Origin: Polyangiales bacterium
GTDB taxonomy: Bacteria > Myxococcota_A > Polyangia > Polyangiales > Ga0077539
NCBI GenBank assembly: GCA_044229975.1
Contig: JBGARZ010000011.1
Coordinates: 290,784-354,783, forward strand
DNA: 64,000 nt
Reading direction: 5' to 3'
The notes below the pieces were generated by a model. That model saw only the letters and a list, made by a program, of their open reading frames with translations, was not told the DNA's origin and made no database searches. Positions 58,681 through 64,000 of this stretch are shown here, in pieces. Numbering within the stretch: the first letter of the stretch is position 1; every line of letters starts with the position of its first letter. Both the position numbers and the translations under genes were made by a program.

Positions 58681-59574
58681 ATGCCCGAGCGCCCCGACCT
58701 CGAATACGTCGCCCCCGTCCTCAACGCCGCCGTCATCGGACGAACGATCACCGACGTCGCCGTGCGCAAGCCCGTGGTGCTGCGCCTCGGTGTGCCGGGC
58801 GGCCCTGCCGCGCTCGTCGGCCGCCGCATCGTGCACGTCGACCGGCGCGCGCACTTCGTCGTGTTCACCCTCGACGGCGACTTCGACCTCGTCGTCTCGC
58901 CGATGCTCGCGGGTCGCTTTGCGATCGTGACGGAAGACGTCCGCGCCCCCGGCGACCTCGCGCTCACGCTCACACTCACCCACGGCCGCGTGCTCCGCTA
59001 CCGCGACGACGTCGCCATGGGGAAGGTCTACGTGATGCCGCGCGCGTCGCTCGACACGATCCCGGGCTTCGCGCCCATCGGCGTCGACGTGCTCGACGCG
59101 TCGCGCTTCACCCGCGAGGCGTTTCGCGATGTGGCGAAGAAGCGTCGCGATCAGGTGAAGGTGTTCCTCATGGACAAGACCGCGCTCGATGCGATGGGCA
59201 ACGCCTACGCCGACGAGGTGTGCTGGGCCGCGGGGCTGCACCCGAAGCGCCGCGTCGCGAGCCTGACGCCGACGGAGGTCGACGCGCTGCACGACGCGAT
59301 CGTGACGGTGCTCAGGGAGGCGCGCGACGTCATCCGGCAACGGATGCCACCGCTCGACGAGAAGGTGCGCGACTTCCTGAAGGTGCGCGGTCGGGCGGGG
59401 GAGCCGTGCCCGCGGTGCGCGACCACGCTGCGCAGCGCGGGGGTGCACGGACACGACGCGGAGTTCTGTCCGACGTGTCAGGTGGACGTCGGGGAGACGG
59501 CCATCGTCGACTGGCGAAAGGTTCCGGTGGCGGCCGAGCGCCCAGCGGGCATCGCGAAGCGGCGGCGGCGGTAG
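58681..59574 (+). CDS. Fpg/Nei-family DNA glycosylase
   Basis: N-terminal MPE, MLAGRF, H2TH MGNAYADE, Zn finger CPRC...CPTCQ. Confidence 0.92.
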   Translation: MPERPDLEYVAPVLNAAVIGRTITDVAVRKPVVLRLGVPGGPAALVGRRIVHVDRRAHFVVFTLDGDFDLVVSPMLAGRFAIVTEDVRAPGDLALTLTLTHGRVLRYRDDVAMGKVYVMPRASLDTIPGFAPIGVDVLDASRFTREAFRDVAKKRRDQVKVFLMDKTALDAMGNAYADEVCWAAGLHPKRRVASLTPTEVDALHDAIVTVLREARDVIRQRMPPLDEKVRDFLKVRGRAGEPCPRCATTLRSAGVHGHDAEFCPTCQVDVGETAIVDWRKVPVAAERPAGIAKRRRR

Positions 59575-59628
59575 GCGGCACGGGACGATCGACGGGTGAC
59601 GTGAAGCAGGGGGACGGGACCGCCGTCC

Positions 59629-59928
59629 TCAGCGGCCGTACGCGTGCGCGCCGTGGCGTCCGAGGCTGCCGCCGCCGCGAGAGGCTCCCTGCTCGGCGAA
59701 GCAGATGTGCATGGGGTAGTTGCGGAAGGCCGTGCCGTTGAGCCACGAGACCGCGTTGTTCGCCGACGCGTCGCAGTCCATCTCGACGGTCGCGGAGATC
59801 ATGCCGAGGCGCATGTCGACGTGGTCGAACTTCACCGAGACCGCGGTCCCGGCTGTCTTCAACACGGCCTTGACGTCTTCCTCGGAGGTGCCTCGGCAGA
59901 TGTTGGCGACCTTGATCTTGCTTCCCAT
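59629..59928 (-). CDS. Divergent RRM-fold protein
   Basis: MGSKIKVANI...ATVEM...A..A...LNG aligns with the RRM at 758. Confidence 0.75.
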   Translation of the reverse strand: MGSKIKVANICRGTSEEDVKAVLKTAGTAVSVKFDHVDMRLGMISATVEMDCDASANNAVSWLNGTAFRNYPMHICFAEQGASRGGGSLGRHGAHAYGR

Positions 59929-60512
59929 GGTGGACCTCGTGTCGTTCGGGTTGTTGCGTCGAGCGCGTCGAGCGCGTCGACAGGACACCCTTCAGCACAC
60001 CCGGTGCCACGCACGAAATGGCCATGGTTTCCCGCGCGTTCGTGCTCGCGACGGACGGCGTTGTGCAACGACGGTGCGCGCCGTGTCCCCGCGGGCTGTG
60101 CAGCGGCGTGGCGCAGCGCAGCTCCCGGGCTTCGGGCCGTCGCGCTGGACTAAGGTGCGGGCGAGGCGCGGTGAGCTGCGCGCGAAGATCCGCGGCGGCC
60201 GGGTTGCGCTGGATGGCCGTGAGGTTGCCGCGCGTCTCGGCCGCGCTGGTCTGGAGCTCGTCGCGGCGGGTGGTCTGCTGGTCGTTGGCGAGGTCGACGC
60301 CCACGGTGAACGCCGTGCGCGCAGTGACCACGGTCTCGTTGTGACCGTGCCCGTCGATGGTGGTCGGGACGAGCGCGTTGCCGTTGCTGTTCTCGGTTCT
60401 GGTGGGCGGCTCGACGAGCGTCGCGCCGTTGAGGGCCTGGCGGAGGAGCAGTCGCGCAGGCTGGGCGACCCGCCTACTCCACAGAGGCGACGTTGGGAGT
60501 AGCGTCACCCCG

Positions 60513-61121
60513 ATGCAAGACCTCCTCGAACTCATCTGGAAGACCGACGGCGCGCTCACGGACGACGCGATCATCCGGACCATCGTGCGACCCGAGGTCG
60601 CGCTCGGTTCGGTCACGCTGGGCATGCCTGTCAGCGAGGTGTTCGGCGCGATCGAGCGCGGCCCGGCCAATGAGCGCGGCTACCGTCTCCAGGTCGGCGA
60701 CGAGCACCGGGTCGAGGTCGGGACCGCGTCCGACACCGTGGCGCACCACCTGTACAACGAGGACCGCAACACCTGGCGCCTCGCGTGGCTGGAGTGGGCG
60801 GCCGACCAGCGCACCAACCAGCTCGTCGTCGCGCGCTTCGTCGTGGGAGAGACGTCCCGCGCGCCGTCGGCCGGGGTGCTTGGGCTGCTCGCCGGGTTGC
60901 GCGGCGCGCTCGACGCGGCGCTGGGTCCTGGCGTCGAGCGGCGATCGAAGCATCGTCGCGCGGTGTGCCGACCAGTGGACTGGGTGAAGGGCACGGCGAC
61001 GCTGACGCTCGGCGCGGGATACATGACGAGCGACCGCTGGGACGACTACACCGCGATCGTGTTGGAGGCGTTCGACGCGTCGTGGCCCGACACGACCGCG
61101 CGCTGGCGGATGTTTCGCTAG
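60513..61121 (+). CDS. Hypothetical protein
   Basis: ORF with normal codon bias; no recognised motif. Confidence 0.6.
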   Translation: MQDLLELIWKTDGALTDDAIIRTIVRPEVALGSVTLGMPVSEVFGAIERGPANERGYRLQVGDEHRVEVGTASDTVAHHLYNEDRNTWRLAWLEWAADQRTNQLVVARFVVGETSRAPSAGVLGLLAGLRGALDAALGPGVERRSKHRRAVCRPVDWVKGTATLTLGAGYMTSDRWDDYTAIVLEAFDASWPDTTARWRMFR

Positions 61122-61179
61122 GGCAGCGAGGCTGAAGTCACCCGGCGTTTCCGAAACAGACGCGAGCGCCGCCCGGCTC

Positions 61180-62115
61180 CTACTCGCGCGCCACCTCGAA
61201 GAGCGTGGGCTCGGCCGTCATGCTGGTTCCCGCAGACGAAGCCCAGCGCGCCACCTGGTGGTGCTGCCACCCGAGCAGGCCGAAGGCGACCGTCACCACC
61301 GCGAGCCGGATCCACGGCGCGGCCCGGTCGAGCGGCGTGCGCTCGTCCACCGCCGCGACCGCCTCGGAGCGAACCGTCACCATGCGGTACGGCGACTGCC
61401 CGTGGGCCACCTCGCGCGCCTCCCGCACGCGCCGGATCACCTCGCGCCCCGCGTTGACCAGCAGGTAGAGCACCGACCACCCGAGGAACCACGCCCCCGC
61501 CCGCCAACTCAGCATGAAGCGGTCGAGCGAGGCGACGCGGGCGTCGTGCTCAGGGTGCCGCACCACCGCGATGCGGGAGCCAAGCGAGAACGTGGCGCCC
61601 TTCAGCCCCGCGGGATCGTCCATGCGTGGCCCGGTCATGACGCAGTGAAACTGGAGCACGTGCCGGTCGTCGCTCTGCCGGTACGTCAGCGTGGAGACGA
61701 AGTGCATGTCGCGCGGGACCACGCTCTCCTGACGGGTCTCGCACTGGATCTGCTCGCCCCCCGGCAGCGAGACGCGGACGAAGGCGGTGCGCCCGCCGTA
61801 GCCGCGCAGCTCGCGGCGCAGGAAGAAGAGGTTGTCGATCGCGAGCGACTCGGTGACGGTGCTGTAGTGCTCGCCGTCGGGGCCGCCGACGGGGGCACCC
61901 CACGGCAGTTGCGGCCGCGCCCACGGACGGCCGGCCAGCGCGCGCGCGGCGATGGGCTCGTCGATGGGGATCCACTCGCGGAGTTCGAGCGTCCCAGGCG
62001 AAGGGCGGTCGACCAGGGGACGCGACTTCGCGACGAGGCCGGCCGTCCACGCGAGGTAGACCGCGAGCAGACCGCATAGTGCGAGGAACAGCGCGTGGTG
62101 CCGCGAAGGGACCAT
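61180..62115 (-). CDS. Hypothetical membrane protein
   Basis: Three TM segments, SPYR motif. Confidence 0.65.
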   Translation of the reverse strand: MVPSRHHALFLALCGLLAVYLAWTAGLVAKSRPLVDRPSPGTLELREWIPIDEPIAARALAGRPWARPQLPWGAPVGGPDGEHYSTVTESLAIDNLFFLRRELRGYGGRTAFVRVSLPGGEQIQCETRQESVVPRDMHFVSTLTYRQSDDRHVLQFHCVMTGPRMDDPAGLKGATFSLGSRIAVVRHPEHDARVASLDRFMLSWRAGAWFLGWSVLYLLVNAGREVIRRVREAREVAHGQSPYRMVTVRSEAVAAVDERTPLDRAAPWIRLAVVTVAFGLLGWQHHQVARWASSAGTSMTAEPTLFEVARE

Positions 62116-62320
62116 CGCGGCGACGCTATCACTTCGCGGCGGGCGGCAGAGCGCCACGGCCTCGGCGTCGACGGCCGCGTCGCGACGTCGGCGCACAACC
62201 ACGGCGGACTTCACGAGCTTCAGCGGGCAGTGGGGCGACGCGGGACCCAGCCCACGTCGGGCGCTTCGATCGGCACGCCGCCGTCGTCGTCACGGGGCGC
62301 GAGGGCGCGCTCGGCGGAGC

Positions 62321-62620
62321 TCAGCGGGCGATCGGCTCGCGGGCGTGATGGTAGACGCGGAGCACCTCGAGCAGGGCCGGCGCGCGGCGGTAGTAGATCA
62401 TCACCGGGTGGACGAACCACCGACGACACCGATCGCCCGTCACCAGCGTCACTGCGGGGCCATCGAGCCGAGGGTCACATGCGGCGAGGGTCGACAACGT
62501 GTCCGCCACCCTCGCAAGAAACTCCCGCGCCGCGACCGGGTTCCGCTCTTCGAGGTACTCGACCATGTCCGCCAGGTCGACGCTGGCCAGCAGCGCGAGC
62601 TCGATGCGATCGGACGTCAC
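62321..62620 (-). CDS. RelE/ParE family toxin
   Basis: A..DL..MVEYLEERNP.AA...IYYR....LEVLRVYHHAR; GTG overlaps the antitoxin stop. Confidence 0.88.
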   Translation of the reverse strand: MTSDRIELALLASVDLADMVEYLEERNPVAAREFLARVADTLSTLAACDPRLDGPAVTLVTGDRCRRWFVHPVMIYYRRAPALLEVLRVYHHAREPIAR

Positions 62621-62868
62621 CGCGGGCGAGCGTCGAGCCGCGCCTTGAGCTCCGCATGCACCGTCTCCCACGGCACCCCTTCGCCCGCGTCGAGCTGGCG
62701 CATCGCCGCACGGATGCCCTCCTCCTGCTCCAGCGTGAGCTCGAAGTCCTCCTCGGCCGGCACAACCTCCACGCGGTAGCGCCCCGGCGGCAACCCCGTC
62801 AGCAGGTCCCCGATGCTCGCGGGGACGTCCGTCCCGTTCCAGTCGATCACCTTGGCCGCGTCGCCCAT
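62617..62868 (-). CDS. Antitoxin of the ParE module
   Basis: Acidic 83 aa, LT.EQEEGIRAA..QLDAGEGVPWE. Confidence 0.82.
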   Translation of the reverse strand: MGDAAKVIDWNGTDVPASIGDLLTGLPPGRYRVEVVPAEEDFELTLEQEEGIRAAMRQLDAGEGVPWETVHAELKARLDARPR

Positions 62869-63177
62869 GCCCGCAGCCTGCCTCACCGCCGACACCTCGC
62901 GCAACCCGCCGCCCGGCCACACGCGATCCACCTGAGCCTCGTTGGAGTCAATCCTGTGGACTGGAAGTCAGCACGCGACCGGGTGACGTCCGTGGCTCAC
63001 TGCGCGCCGAGCGGCGCAGGCGCGACCTCCGCCGGCGGCGCAGACTCGTCAGTGGGACAGGGAGCCCGATCAAGGAGCGCCCTCAGGCGAAGTTCGAGTT
63101 CCGAAAGCTGCTCAGGAAAGGTCGGCCGATCGAGGCGCTCCGCCGCCGCTTCGCGCAGAGCTTGCGACGCGTCGAGC

Positions 63178-63476
63178 GCCTCGCGGACCACGTCGACCCG
63201 TCGGCCCCCCAACGCGTCCTCCCCCGGAGGGGCGCTCTCGCTCACGCCCGCAGTCGCCGGGCTTACCCGAAGGGACGCGCCCGCCCACGCCCGCAGTCGC
63301 TGGGCCTCCCGTTCGTCGCAGCTCCGCGCGAAGGACGGCGTCGACGGAGGGGTTGGATCGGCAGCGTGGGCGGGCGCGTCCCTTCGGGTAAGCCCGGCGA
63401 CTGCGGGCGTGAGCGAGAGCGCCCCTCCGGGGGAGGACGCGTTGGGGGGCCGACGGGTCGACGTGGTCCGCGAGGC
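63178..63476. repeat. Long palindrome C: 113-bp arms, 73-bp spacer
   Basis: 63178-63290 is the reverse complement of 63364-63476; contains CCGGAG and CCGGGCT like A/B. Confidence 0.95.
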
Positions 63477-63774
63477 CCGGACGGCGGGGAAAGGGGCGGG
63501 CGAAAGGGGAGGGGCGGGAAGTGATGGAAGGTGCCAAGAGTCGGTGGGAGCCCAGCGGGGCCACGGCGAGAGCGTTGACGCCAGGAGACCGCCAGACGTA
63601 GCTATGGGGCGGATCAATGGGCGAGAGGGCGACGATTGACGACGCGAGGTGGGCTTCCCGAGACGAGGGGGCCAACGGCCGACGCGAGTCGACGAGCGGT
63701 GGGCGGCAACGCGTTGCCCGTAGGGCGGACAGCGGGCATCGGAGATGGGGTGGGACCGGAATGGTTGTTAGGGG

Positions 63775-63877
63775 ATTAGGCAGCGGCGGTCTAATGTTCG
63801 GGGAGATTAGACAGCGGCAGCCTAATACCGATAGGGTGGTAATAGGCAGCGGGGGACGGCCTACTGAGATGTTGGAC
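63775..63877 (+). other. Integron attI-like recombination site
   Basis: GCCTACT-gagat-GTTGGAC (L box, 5 bp, GTTRRRY) preceded by two ATTAGRC-N7-GYCTAAT units. Confidence 0.6.
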
Positions 63878-64000
63878 TAAACCGCTTCGCGGTGGTTCAA
63901 CCGACATCGCTATCGTGCCCTACTTGCCAGTTGTCTGCAATGCCGATTCGGCTCCTTTCTCGCCAGTTGCTTCATCCATGGTGGTGTCCGCGCGAGCACA

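Noticed and set aside
57048..59741. Single 897-aa protein
   Set aside because: Chance open frame threading two pseudogenes and then an off-frame of the Fpg/Nei gene.
60150..60450. Possible minus-strand remnant of a secreted protein (NALVPTTIDGHGHNE...)
   Set aside because: Looks coding but has no clear start, stop or recognisable family; left uncalled.
62997..63617. 206-aa protein with internal repeats
   Set aside because: Mostly translation through palindrome C; only the last 45 or so codons might be a real gene remnant.

Overview
High-GC bacterial chromosomal window. The gene content (Cys-rich repeat lipoproteins, MYXO-CTERM-like tail, Ser/Thr kinase, FHA, PilZ, RCC1) points to a myxobacterium (Myxococcota, probably Polyangia-like); this is inference, not a search result. 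Housekeeping genes (miaA, glgA, peptide ABC transporter, MocR/EamA pair, Fpg/Nei glycosylase, RRM protein) are mixed with many conflict and accessory genes. Main highlights: (1) a lipoprotein whose Cys-rich stalk ends in a domain with the motif order of T-even phage gp38 tail-fibre adhesins; (2) a 1955-aa M48 metalloprotease-TerB-DUF4011-like-SF1 helicase fusion whose C-terminal Vsr-like nuclease looks catalytically dead; (3) an orphan Tsi3-like T6SS immunity gene; (4) a stand-alone Rnl2-type RNA ligase; (5) six long intergenic palindromic elements, two sharing covarying nested hairpins; (6) an integron attI-like site at the right edge with no integrase in view; (7) about ten gene remnants or frameshifted genes; (8) a recurring C-rich to G-rich skew along transcription units. 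No rRNA, tRNA or CRISPR array was recognised. All family assignments come from reading motifs by eye; no database searches were run.
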